IMG/VR virus record: IMGVR_UViG_3300027769_000025
Coordinates: 18,322-82,321 of that record
Strand: one strand, 5' to 3'
Source: a virus
Taxonomy: Duplodnaviria > Caudoviricetes
Length of the DNA stretch: 64,000 nucleotides
Part shown: in pieces, positions 47,132 to 56,550 of the stretch
Position numbering within the stretch: position 1 is the first letter of the stretch
Layout: every line of letters begins with the position of its first letter
Notes under the pieces: model-generated
Told to the model about the DNA's origin: nothing
Seen by the model: the letters and a program-made list of their open reading frames with translations, nothing else
Database searches by the model: none
Program-made: the position numbers and the translations under genes

Positions 47132-47160
47132 CCCCCGGTTGAATAAGTCGGGGGTTTTTT
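47132..47160 (+). terminator. Rho-independent terminator
   Basis: ACCCCCGG..TCGGGGGTTTTTT. Confidence 0.75.
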
Positions 47161-47173
47161 GTATCTTTGCTCT

Positions 47174-48928
47174 ATGTTAGAAGTAGAAGGTAAAACATTT
47201 CATAAGTTTGTAGAGATAAAGAACTATAGAACTAGTTTATATCTTAACTATTGCGATATAAATCAAAAAGATAGAAATGTCTTAGGTTTGTATGTTATAA
47301 CAAAAAAGAAAGATATGTTCTTTTCTGATGTTCAGATCTACACTGAAGATGCCTTTGTTGAGCATTTTGGAAATCCATTTGCTTCAGTCCATTTTGATAG
47401 AGAAAGATTATTCATAGAAGAGGGTGACGATAAAATATCAATTAAGTATCAAACTAATATAAAAGATAGAAAAGTGGGAGGCAGGTTCTTTACTGAAAGA
47501 AAGAATACACACTATCTCACATTCAATTTCAAAAAGAAAATGTTTTACTCAGGAACATTTTCAACTAAAAAGAAAAAAATTATTGGAAGAAGTATGAAAG
47601 TTAACCCAACATACTTTGCAATTGAAACTTTCTTAAGAAACATTAGAATTGATAATAGTGTTGCTGTTGATCAATATCTTTATTTTTTCTTAGAAAAGAT
47701 TTGGGATAGAATGGGGATTGAAAATCCACAAAACTTTCAGTGGGACTGTATGAAATCTTTTTACAGTCTGACCTATTACTTAGTTAATGACATCAAAATA
47801 CCAAACCAATGGAAAAAATTCACTGGTATATTCTTTTCTAAAAAAGAATTACAAAAAACCAATATGAATTTGGTTGATGCCGCAATGGATAAACTAAAAC
47901 TCAAAGGGTCTAAGGTTAAACAGATTTTCAATGAAATGACTTGGGTTGATTTTGATAGATTGTATATGACCTATAATTTATTAGGTATTGATAGATTTAA
48001 CAAAATTGAAAACAAAGTTTTTGATGAACACTATAGTAATGAAGAATATAGCGTGAAGAGTCTGGAGATGAATAAAATGGGAAGGTATTATGAATGTTTC
48101 TACACAGATAAGTACAATTACCCAAACTATTATACCAGTAGAGTATTAATTCCTTTAACACCAAAAGAAAAAGATAGAATTTTAGATTTGATGCCATATT
48201 TTGATGGGTATAAATGGAGCACACTACTTGACCACTTAGATATGAAACGAGAGTTATTAAATTTAGGTGAGGATGTGAGACTAAAATTCACAAACATGAG
48301 TAGTTTTAATTTAGAACACGAGGAGTTTAGTCGTCTTTTACTATCATACAGAAAAGGTGAGATTGAAAGATTTTATGGTGATGTTGATAGTTTAGAAACA
48401 CCTATCGAACATCAAGGTGAGACATATTATCCAGTACTTCTTCGTAAAACATCAGACTACGAAAAAGAATCACAACATCAACGAAATTGTGTTAGAACTT
48501 ATGCAGAAAGAGCCGATTGTTTAATATTCTCAATTCGTAAAGGATCCAAAGATGGTGATGAAAGAATTACTGTTGAATACCAATACAGAAAAAATGAGAT
48601 ACTAAATGTCCAAGAAAGAGCAAAGTTTAATGCACTACCTTCGGATGAGTTTTCACAAGTTGCTAAAATTCAACTTGCGAACATCAACCTTATGTATAAA
48701 CTAGGAACCCTCAAGTTACCAAAGTTGGTCAAAACATATCGTAGTGGTAAAGTTATTGAACAAGAATCAACATTTAGAAGTTTAGAGCACGAAGGAACCA
48801 AAGTGATTGCGATGACACCTCGATGGGATGTGTCTACACCTGAATTACAAACTTGGCAAAATGAACTTTTGGATTATAATGAAATACCTGTTGAAGACTT
48901 CAACGAGTGGCTTGATCAATTACCGTAA
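47174..48928 (+). CDS. PcfJ-like domain protein
   Basis: C-terminal ESQHQRNCVRTY..IFSIR..RITVEY..Q..N; ATG 47174 follows TATCTTTG. Confidence 0.75.
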   Translation: MLEVEGKTFHKFVEIKNYRTSLYLNYCDINQKDRNVLGLYVITKKKDMFFSDVQIYTEDAFVEHFGNPFASVHFDRERLFIEEGDDKISIKYQTNIKDRKVGGRFFTERKNTHYLTFNFKKKMFYSGTFSTKKKKIIGRSMKVNPTYFAIETFLRNIRIDNSVAVDQYLYFFLEKIWDRMGIENPQNFQWDCMKSFYSLTYYLVNDIKIPNQWKKFTGIFFSKKELQKTNMNLVDAAMDKLKLKGSKVKQIFNEMTWVDFDRLYMTYNLLGIDRFNKIENKVFDEHYSNEEYSVKSLEMNKMGRYYECFYTDKYNYPNYYTSRVLIPLTPKEKDRILDLMPYFDGYKWSTLLDHLDMKRELLNLGEDVRLKFTNMSSFNLEHEEFSRLLLSYRKGEIERFYGDVDSLETPIEHQGETYYPVLLRKTSDYEKESQHQRNCVRTYAERADCLIFSIRKGSKDGDERITVEYQYRKNEILNVQERAKFNALPSDEFSQVAKIQLANINLMYKLGTLKLPKLVKTYRSGKVIEQESTFRSLEHEGTKVIAMTPRWDVSTPELQTWQNELLDYNEIPVEDFNEWLDQLP

Positions 48929-48946
48929 AAATATTATATTTGTAAA

Positions 48947-49225
48947 ATGGAAGACAAACAGTACGAGTTACTAAACGAAATGGTCGTTAAAATTAACGAG
49001 GCAAGAACATATAATAGAATAACAGGTTTTATTACTCTTATTTGGTTATTTGAATTTTTTTATACTTTTTTTTGGACCAAAAATTTTGATGCAATGTATT
49101 GGTTTATTTGGGTTGTTTGTGTTGTCGGATGGGTACACATGAATAAAAAATATAAAGTTGCCATGGAGGAATATGAAGAATTAAGAAAAGACTATAACAC
49201 AAGATATGAAGATGAAGACAATTAA
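48947..49225 (+). CDS. Membrane protein
   Basis: Two TM helices. Confidence 0.6.
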   Translation: MEDKQYELLNEMVVKINEARTYNRITGFITLIWLFEFFYTFFWTKNFDAMYWFIWVVCVVGWVHMNKKYKVAMEEYEELRKDYNTRYEDEDN

Positions 49226-49457
49226 AATTTTACTATTAACCTTTTTACTATTTTCCTGTGGTGGGAAAAAATATAAATACGAAATCAAAGGAAAAGTTTA
49301 TGTACCAACATCGGGACTTAACCCAATGCATGATGCAATTTGGTATACTGACACAATAAATTTTGATGGAGATACGATATATTATTTCAACAGTGACGGA
49401 TCAGAAGTTAGAATCCACCCACCATTTATTTTAATTGATCACACATTAGACAAATGA
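49206..49457 (+). CDS. Putative lipoprotein
   Basis: LLLTFLLFSC lipobox. Confidence 0.6.
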   Translation: MKMKTIKILLLTFLLFSCGGKKYKYEIKGKVYVPTSGLNPMHDAIWYTDTINFDGDTIYYFNSDGSEVRIHPPFILIDHTLDK

Positions 49458-50035
49458 AAACATATAAACAACTACCCATCCCTGAAGACTCTGCTTGGAG
49501 TAGAAACACTTTATATGGTAAATTAAATTGGAGAATAAGATATTTTCTTGAAGGTGTAAAAAACATCATCAGATGGATACCAACTATCTACCACGATAGA
49601 GATTGGGATGGGACATACATTCTAAAAATCTTACAGAAAAAAATAGAGTTCCAAAGAAAAGAACTTGTAAATGCCAATAGACATACAGAGGTTGAAAGAG
49701 ACAATCGTTATATGACTTTGGCTCTTAACTTACTTGAAATAGTTAAGGAAGAACATTATTCATTAGAGTGTATGGATTATTGGGATAATACTATAAGTTT
49801 TGAGGACGTATCAGATAACCCAAACTTAAAATCTATTGAGATTGAAACAACTGCGGAAAGATTTGACGAGTACTTAAACAAATATCCTTCTTCAGTTCGT
49901 GCTATTATTAAAGAACACGGTGAACAAGATGATAAAAAGCGTTTATGTTTATTGGTATCTTACTATAATCATAATAAAGCAAATAAACTTCTTTTCCGAG
50001 TTTTAGAGGAAAAATTGGCCCAATGGTGGGATTAA
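49454..50035 (+). CDS. Hypothetical protein
   Basis: ORF track; DRDWD motif, WWD end. Confidence 0.7.
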   Translation: MKTYKQLPIPEDSAWSRNTLYGKLNWRIRYFLEGVKNIIRWIPTIYHDRDWDGTYILKILQKKIEFQRKELVNANRHTEVERDNRYMTLALNLLEIVKEEHYSLECMDYWDNTISFEDVSDNPNLKSIEIETTAERFDEYLNKYPSSVRAIIKEHGEQDDKKRLCLLVSYYNHNKANKLLFRVLEEKLAQWWD

Positions 50036-50046
50036 AAAATAAAATT

Positions 50047-50226
50047 ATGCAAGACAAAAGAATCATACACGGACAATTGATGAATGAACATCGAAAATTG
50101 GCAAACGAGATTGCCGACATAAAGGCAAACAGTTACGAATTAAATGAGGAAGAAAAAAGAAAGGTTGCCGATCTACAAAGACGACAAATGATCATAATGA
50201 AACAACTTGAAAATTTGTTTAAATAG
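50047..50226 (+). CDS. Small coiled-coil protein
   Basis: ATG 50047. Confidence 0.55.
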   Translation: MQDKRIIHGQLMNEHRKLANEIADIKANSYELNEEEKRKVADLQRRQMIIMKQLENLFK

Positions 50227-50227
50227 T

Positions 50228-51154
50228 ATGAGAGTAGTTGTTACAGGAGGAGCGGGTTTTATTGGTTCGTCATTTATTAATTACTTATTGGATAATTTTG
50301 AATGTGATGTTCTTTGTATTGATAAATTAACATACGCTGGAAGTAAGAATAATATTAAACACAATGTGAAATTATTACAAAAAGATATTTGTGATGTAAC
50401 TGCAGATGAACTAGGTGAGTTTGATTATATTGTTCATTTTGCGGCAGAGTCACACGTTGACAACTCAATCAGTAATGGATTACCTTTCGTGAAAACAAAC
50501 GTAGAAGGAACATTTAACTTATTAGAGATCTCAAGAAAAAACAAAAACCTTAAGAAATTTATCCACATTTCAACAGATGAAGTTTATGGTGATATGGATG
50601 AACATTTTTCCATAAACCATATTGCAAAAGAGGAAGATTATCTTAAACCAAGTTCATATTATTCAGCAACAAAGGCGGCATCTGACATGTTGGTATTATC
50701 GGCAAATAGAACTTACGGGCTCCCTTACTTGATCACAAGAACTTGTAATAACTTTGGTGAACATCAATTTGAAGAAAAGTTTTTACCAACAATTGCAAGA
50801 TCAATCAAAGAAGAAAAACCAATACCGGTATATGGGGATGGAAAACAAGTGAGAGAGTGGATGTATGTTTATGATAATGTTAAAGTTATTTGTGATTTCA
50901 TGTTTGATGATACTGTTATAAACCAAATAATGAATATTGGAACAGGATTTAGAGTAACAAATTTAGATATCATTAATAAAATTGCATCAATCCTAAACAA
51001 AGAAGTTCAAATAAATCACGTTGAAGATAGATTAGGTCATGACAGAAAGTATGGACTATTCTCAAAAAAGATGATGTCGTTTTATCAAAACAAAGAAGAG
51101 ACAATCGAGTTTAAAAACCTTTATGATTATTTAGAAGAACAATATGGAAAATAG
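50228..51154 (+). CDS. rfbB: dTDP-glucose 4,6-dehydratase
   Basis: VTGGAGFIG, DKLTYAG, HFAAESHVD, HISTDEVYG, YSATKA, DRLGHDRKY. Confidence 0.92.
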   Translation: MRVVVTGGAGFIGSSFINYLLDNFECDVLCIDKLTYAGSKNNIKHNVKLLQKDICDVTADELGEFDYIVHFAAESHVDNSISNGLPFVKTNVEGTFNLLEISRKNKNLKKFIHISTDEVYGDMDEHFSINHIAKEEDYLKPSSYYSATKAASDMLVLSANRTYGLPYLITRTCNNFGEHQFEEKFLPTIARSIKEEKPIPVYGDGKQVREWMYVYDNVKVICDFMFDDTVINQIMNIGTGFRVTNLDIINKIASILNKEVQINHVEDRLGHDRKYGLFSKKMMSFYQNKEETIEFKNLYDYLEEQYGK

Positions 51155-51386
51155 AAGTAGACACTACGGAGACGTGGGAAAATGGATTGAAAAAGTAATT
51201 GACTCTTGTAAGACTGTTGATCAAGTTATAACAACAAGAAAATTAATTAGAAACTTTGATAAACAAATACAAAATAAACATATCGACGCTTACTGGCATA
51301 CATACTATTATGAGTTAATACAACCACTTGAGTATTACCTTCAAAATAAAGGCGACGAAATCTTTAATGAAAAACTCAAATCATGA
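51144..51386 (+). CDS. Hypothetical protein
   Basis: ORF track. Confidence 0.6.
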   Translation: MENRSRHYGDVGKWIEKVIDSCKTVDQVITTRKLIRNFDKQIQNKHIDAYWHTYYYELIQPLEYYLQNKGDEIFNEKLKS

Positions 51387-51628
51387 CAGGATACCTAACA
51401 CAAACACTTGGAGAATGGATGGTTAAAGATCAGAATGATGATAAACTCTATCCATTATGTGAAGAAACAAAAAAATGGTTACTCAAAGAAAGTACAAAAA
51501 AATTCTTGAAAGAAGATTTAGAAGTGGTTTTTGATTTTATTATCAAAGGAGAATATTGTGAAACCAAAGAACAGATGACCAAAAATTATTTTGCAAAAAT
51601 TAAACGAGTAGAACACGACAGCCTATAA
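51383..51628 (+). CDS. Hypothetical protein
   Basis: ORF track. Confidence 0.6.
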   Translation: MTGYLTQTLGEWMVKDQNDDKLYPLCEETKKWLLKESTKKFLKEDLEVVFDFIIKGEYCETKEQMTKNYFAKIKRVEHDSL

Positions 51629-51632
51629 AGTT

Positions 51633-52541
51633 ATGAGTGAATTTGGTATTAAGGTATCTGGATGTTTGGGTGATATTATAAATGTCACACCTTTAATAAA
51701 ATATATAAGTAGATGTCACAATGTTAAGTTACACTTAGAGACAAATTTACCTAATCTTTTTATAAATAATCCATATATAAAAAAAGTTTATGATACTAAT
51801 TCTGGTGAAATAATTCCTGAAAACGTTTTAATTTACGACTGCAATATCCACCAAAATAACGGGATTCAAAAACAAATAAGAAAAATGTCAATGTTCGATT
51901 ATTTTTCAACTTCATTAGGATTTCAAGTTCTACCTGAAGAAAGAACATTAGAGTTTTATCCTGATCCTTTAGATTTTGAATTACCAAGTGGAAAATATGT
52001 AGTTTTAAATCCATCAATAACTTGGGAATCGAGAACTTGGCCTAAAGAAAAATGGGAGGAATTGGCTAATAAAATTTTATCTTCAGGACTTAAAGTTGTT
52101 ATTGACGGTAAAGACGTAAATTATGGGGATGATAAAAAAACATTCCATAACATTGATAATGAGAATATAATAAATACTGGTAATAAATTAAACTTATCAC
52201 AACTTTGGCATTTATTGAATAATAGTTTGGCTGTTGTGACTTTAGATACAGGTATGTTACACTTTGCTGGCACTACAAATGCACATATAATTGAAGTTGG
52301 TAGTGCTATTCATCATTATTATAAGACTCCATGGAGAAATGGTAGTCAAGAATATAAACATACATTTGTTGGTGGATCTTGTAAGTTATTTTGTCAATCT
52401 GATATGAAATATAATACTAATGGATCAAATAAAATAACTGATGGGTTCCCAAGTCACGGATGTTTTGAAAATAAACCGACATTCGAATGTCAACCATCAG
52501 TAAACGGAGTATTCAACGCCGTTTTAGAATTATTAAAGTAA
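51633..52541 (+). CDS. Glycosyltransferase family 9 (heptosyltransferase-like)
   Basis: LGDII, NNPYI, RTWPKEKW, LDTGMLHFAG. Confidence 0.8.
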   Translation: MSEFGIKVSGCLGDIINVTPLIKYISRCHNVKLHLETNLPNLFINNPYIKKVYDTNSGEIIPENVLIYDCNIHQNNGIQKQIRKMSMFDYFSTSLGFQVLPEERTLEFYPDPLDFELPSGKYVVLNPSITWESRTWPKEKWEELANKILSSGLKVVIDGKDVNYGDDKKTFHNIDNENIINTGNKLNLSQLWHLLNNSLAVVTLDTGMLHFAGTTNAHIIEVGSAIHHYYKTPWRNGSQEYKHTFVGGSCKLFCQSDMKYNTNGSNKITDGFPSHGCFENKPTFECQPSVNGVFNAVLELLK

Positions 52542-52551
52542 AAATTAAGTT

Positions 52552-53163
52552 ATGGAAAATAGATTAGAATTACCAAATCTTTTGTCAGAACTATCATTAA
52601 AAACAAAAGGGGTTGAGGTAGGATCTTTCAAAGGAGAATTTGCCGCTCACATTATAAGAAATTGGTCAGGTAAAATTTATTTAGTTGACGTTTGGAGACC
52701 AATGAATGAAAATGAATATAACGACGCAACAAATAATAAACATCATATTGACGCTTATTCGAGTGTTATTGAAAATTTAAAAGGATATGAAGATAGAGCA
52801 TTCATGTTACGTATGACAGGTAATGAGGCTTCTAAACTATTTTCCGATGAATCACTAGATTTTGTTTATATTGATGCCAATCACACATATGAAGCGGTAA
52901 AAGATGATTTGAAAGACTGGTATAGGAAAGTTAAATCTGGAGGATTAGTGATGGGTCATGATTATTTACCTGATTATTTTTATGAAGGTAAAGAAGAAAA
53001 AAATCAAGCAGTTTATACTTATCCTGATGGTAAACCTGAATTGGCAAAATTTTCAGGATTTTTTGGTGTCAAACCAGCAGTTGATGAGTTTGCATCAGAA
53101 AATGGTTATACTGTAAATAAAACTAATGAGTTTTTAGGAACTTGGTGGTTTATAAAAAAATAA
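52552..53163 (+). CDS. Class I SAM-dependent methyltransferase (Methyltransf_24-like)
   Basis: GVEVGSFKG, LVDVW, DFVYIDANHTY, GGLVMGHDY, GVKPAVDEF. Confidence 0.85.
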   Translation: MENRLELPNLLSELSLKTKGVEVGSFKGEFAAHIIRNWSGKIYLVDVWRPMNENEYNDATNNKHHIDAYSSVIENLKGYEDRAFMLRMTGNEASKLFSDESLDFVYIDANHTYEAVKDDLKDWYRKVKSGGLVMGHDYLPDYFYEGKEEKNQAVYTYPDGKPELAKFSGFFGVKPAVDEFASENGYTVNKTNEFLGTWWFIKK

Positions 53164-53172
53164 TATAATAAT

Positions 53173-54300
53173 ATGATTGAAAAAATTCCAGTTGTACTAT
53201 ATTGTACGGAAAATTATTTAGAAGGATCTTTAAATTTAATTAGAAGTCTAAATTTATATCACAACGATTTAACTTTCTATCTATATACCGTTAATTTTTT
53301 ATACAAACCAACAATAGAAAATGTTAATAGTGTTTTTATCACTGAGGAACAAATAGATAGTAATATCCAATTTAAAGGTACTAGAAATGACATTGGAAAT
53401 ACAAATGTTTATAAAGCAATTTTTTTAAAAAGTAGAATTATATTACATTCATTAGAAACTTTAAAATTAAATAATACAATATATTTGGATTCAGACTTAT
53501 TACCAACAGGTAATATCTCAAATTTGTATCAATATTTTGATAAAATAACACATTACCCATTAATCCAACAGGGAATATATGAATATCAAATTGCTTTTGG
53601 TAGGGGAAATCCATTTCATAATGGGGGATTTGATGAAACAAATATTTTGGAATACCCATTAATGAAAAAACATTTCATAAATATACAAAATAGAAAACCT
53701 TATTCTGTCGCTTCAGTAATGTTATATAACCAAAATTGCATTCAATTCATTAGAGAATATAATTGGTTAAATAATTTAGCATTTGATATGACAAGAGATG
53801 AAATTGAATATTTTTACCCTTTTTGTGATGAAACATCAGTCAATACATTACTTTGGAAATACCAATATAATGATAGATTACCTCTGATGCAAATGAATAT
53901 TAGTAAAATTGAAAATGTACTCGAATATTTTGAATCAAATTATAATGAAGAACTTGAAGTAGAACCGTTTGTCGTTGTACCAAAAAATTCTGAAAGAAAA
54001 AGATTCATATTTTTTCATGGTATCAAAGGTAAAATGTCTGATGATACATTCATGTTCCAACAAAATATGTTTAAATATAGATTGGATAATAACGAAAATA
54101 AGATGTACATTTCTTCCAATGTAAATTTTAGTAGAGATCTTGAAATTAATATTTTTGACAACGATCAAAAAACATATTCATTGATAACAACAATTAATAA
54201 AGGAATAGAGTATTGGATATCAACATCTAAACAATTTTTAGATTATAAAAAGTTAATTGTTAAAATATACGACGACGGAAAACTAATTTTTAAAATATGA
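53173..54300 (+). CDS. Putative GT-A glycosyltransferase
   Basis: IYLDSD (DxD), DET..N..LWK, FFHG. Confidence 0.6.
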   Translation: MIEKIPVVLYCTENYLEGSLNLIRSLNLYHNDLTFYLYTVNFLYKPTIENVNSVFITEEQIDSNIQFKGTRNDIGNTNVYKAIFLKSRIILHSLETLKLNNTIYLDSDLLPTGNISNLYQYFDKITHYPLIQQGIYEYQIAFGRGNPFHNGGFDETNILEYPLMKKHFINIQNRKPYSVASVMLYNQNCIQFIREYNWLNNLAFDMTRDEIEYFYPFCDETSVNTLLWKYQYNDRLPLMQMNISKIENVLEYFESNYNEELEVEPFVVVPKNSERKRFIFFHGIKGKMSDDTFMFQQNMFKYRLDNNENKMYISSNVNFSRDLEINIFDNDQKTYSLITTINKGIEYWISTSKQFLDYKKLIVKIYDDGKLIFKI

Positions 54301-54740
54301 AAGATCTAACAAACTTCAGAATCATTAGATTCGAATACCCATTTCCAACTGAGGAACTAACTGTGAGAATTTGGGATAAGATGGATGAAACTGAAACAAA
54401 ATGGGCAATCCAATTGACCTTGAAAGGAATTAACGACACTGGTGATTCACCTATGGGATCTTGGGATATATTTTTCTTGGATGATAAATTACAAGAAAAA
54501 ATTGAAGAGGTATTGAAAAAATATGATGTCCCATATAAGACTGATGACCACGGAAATAAATTACTTGATGATCTTGAATACTTCTCAAAAGAATTTTTAG
54601 AGAAATTAGATTCGTACTTAGGTGAGAATTTGACTATTGATGATATTTTGGATAGAATTTTAGAAGTGGGTTATGAAAACATAACTGTGTTTGAAAAATA
54701 CTATTTAGGAAACAACATCGAGATTAGAGAAAAAAAATGA
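54297..54740 (+). CDS. Hypothetical protein with C-terminal DUF6576-like helix pair
   Basis: LTIDDILDRILEVGYENITVFEK. Confidence 0.6.
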   Translation: MKDLTNFRIIRFEYPFPTEELTVRIWDKMDETETKWAIQLTLKGINDTGDSPMGSWDIFFLDDKLQEKIEEVLKKYDVPYKTDDHGNKLLDDLEYFSKEFLEKLDSYLGENLTIDDILDRILEVGYENITVFEKYYLGNNIEIREKK

Positions 54741-56065
54741 AAAATCCATCAGGAAATAAATTAGAGAAACTTGTCTTTGGGATGTTTGACCAAATGGTTG
54801 AAGGTGCCGACAAGTATGTGACAAAACAGGGTTCAACTTGGTTGATATTCACAGAAAGTAAAAAATGGGTGATTGAGTTCACAAAAGATAAAACTTTATG
54901 GTTCAACTATAATATATTTCAAGGTGAATTGGAACTAATCGGTAAGGACTGCACCGAAGAAAGAGATTTGATTAAGAACTGGTTTGAATCAAGATTTTTG
55001 AATAAACCAAAGGTGAAACACACCAACCACTTAACTATTGGAGATTCCTGGGAAGTTGAAGACACCATTCAAAATGGGGTGAAAGAGGCCCATCATGTTG
55101 ATGTTATGAAGTTTTTTGATAAAAAAATGGAAAATACAATTGAAAATGGGGTGAGAGCCACTTTTCATCACGCAATTGATAGCAGCCAAGCCGTTGAAGA
55201 CACCATTCAAGAGGGGGTGAAACGCACCAAATTCCATGCACTGGATTTTTTGTTGCGAGTTGAAGACACCATTCAAGAGGGGGTGAAACACACTGAAGAC
55301 ATGGTGCATATCAGCAAAGAAACCGTTGAAGACACCATTCAAAATGGGGTGAAGGAAACAACACCTAGTGGTTATTTGGGGTCAATAGAGATGAAAGGTA
55401 AAATAGTTCATCAAATTGAATCCCCAAAACAAAATAATGAGGTTGAAGACACCATTCAAAATGGGGTGAAGAACACCAGCGCAGTTAGAATCCCTATTGA
55501 AGGATGGGTTGAAGACACCATTCAAAATGGGGTGAAGGACATCAAGCAAGGAACACACTTACCAATTCATCTAGTTGAAGACACCATTCAAAATGGGGTG
55601 AAGGACATCATAGATCCATTTTGGGTGGATCCCGTTAGAATTAAATATGCCATTGAAAATGGAGTAAAAGAAACCAAAGAGAATAGACTTATTCGTACCA
55701 TAAGTGTTATAAGTACAATTAAAAATGGAGTTAAGCATGTTGAAGATGGTGATTGGTTAGATCAAGATGAAAGGGTAGACGACATTATTGAAAATGGTGT
55801 TAAAGAAACTAAAGAAATTTCAAATATTAGTTTAATGTCTGAAATTTTTAAGGTTAATTCGAACCGAGCGATAAAAGATGGTGTTAAAGAAATACAACCA
55901 CTACCGGCACAAGATGGTAATAGAGATTGGGGATTATATTACCATAGACAAGAAGATAGAACAAAACCACATACAGAATATGTGAAAGAAGTAATTGAGG
56001 ATTCTTACAATCATAGAGCTAGAATTGAGGGTGTAATTAGAAATACAGATAAAGATGGGATTTGA
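54737..56065 (+). CDS. Repeat protein (VEDTIQNGVK units with variable spacers) carrying an in-frame CRISPR-like array
   Basis: 442-aa ORF, ATGA-coupled upstream and overlapping the next start; ~12 repeat units. Confidence 0.75.
   Translation: MKNPSGNKLEKLVFGMFDQMVEGADKYVTKQGSTWLIFTESKKWVIEFTKDKTLWFNYNIFQGELELIGKDCTEERDLIKNWFESRFLNKPKVKHTNHLTIGDSWEVEDTIQNGVKEAHHVDVMKFFDKKMENTIENGVRATFHHAIDSSQAVEDTIQEGVKRTKFHALDFLLRVEDTIQEGVKHTEDMVHISKETVEDTIQNGVKETTPSGYLGSIEMKGKIVHQIESPKQNNEVEDTIQNGVKNTSAVRIPIEGWVEDTIQNGVKDIKQGTHLPIHLVEDTIQNGVKDIIDPFWVDPVRIKYAIENGVKETKENRLIRTISVISTIKNGVKHVEDGDWLDQDERVDDIIENGVKETKEISNISLMSEIFKVNSNRAIKDGVKEIQPLPAQDGNRDWGLYYHRQEDRTKPHTEYVKEVIEDSYNHRARIEGVIRNTDKDGI
55013..55888 (+). 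repeat. CRISPR-like repeat-spacer array in frame within CDS: GTTGAAGACACCATTCAAAATGGGGTGAA(R)(nACACC), 66-nt period
   Basis: Near-identical repeats start at 55055, 55193, 55259, 55325, 55442, 55508, 55574; degenerate copies at 55127, 55640, 55706, 55775, 55859; intervening sequences all unique. Confidence 0.9.
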
Positions 56066-56372
56066 TAAGAAGATATTAGATTTGAGTAGAACGATCTACC
56101 AAACATCTGTGATGGTTCACGGGACAAAACAGAACCCATCAGAACAGATTGATAAGATCAGAGCTATGATCCGTGAGTTCATCAGGACTGAAGTTGTTCC
56201 ATATGAGTTGACAAATCAAGAAAAATTGACTTTTATTTTAAAAAACGAATCAATGATTTGTGATGCGATTGGTAAAGGACACAAGGCAAGTAATGGTGAT
56301 GAGTTCCAACCTGTCAGAGACAAAATAAGAAAATACAGAATTGAATTAGGAATTATTAAAGATGGAAAATAA
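56055..56372 (+). CDS. Hypothetical protein
   Basis: ORF track. Confidence 0.65.
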   Translation: MGFDKKILDLSRTIYQTSVMVHGTKQNPSEQIDKIRAMIREFIRTEVVPYELTNQEKLTFILKNESMICDAIGKGHKASNGDEFQPVRDKIRKYRIELGIIKDGK

Positions 56373-56550
56373 TATTGAACAAAGTGCTGTAGATTGGTTA
56401 GTTGAACAGTACAAGAAAGTTGGTGGAATTTCTATTAGTATGGCGGAAAAAGCTAAACAAATGGAGAATAAAAAATTGGAATCCCTCAAGGATTTTGAAA
56501 CTTGGAAAGAATGGAAAAACAAATCAAATGATGATGAACAAACTAGATAA
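56362..56550 (+). CDS. Hypothetical protein
   Basis: QSAVDWL motif common in phage small ORFs. Confidence 0.55.
   Translation: MENNIEQSAVDWLVEQYKKVGGISISMAEKAKQMENKKLESLKDFETWKEWKNKSNDDEQTR

Noticed and set aside
55013-55888. Calling the array a canonical CRISPR-Cas locus or a DGR variable region
   Set aside because: No cas or reverse transcriptase gene and no template repeat in the window, no AT-rich leader, and spacers are not A-only variants of one template. Kept as a CRISPR-like repeat pending searches.
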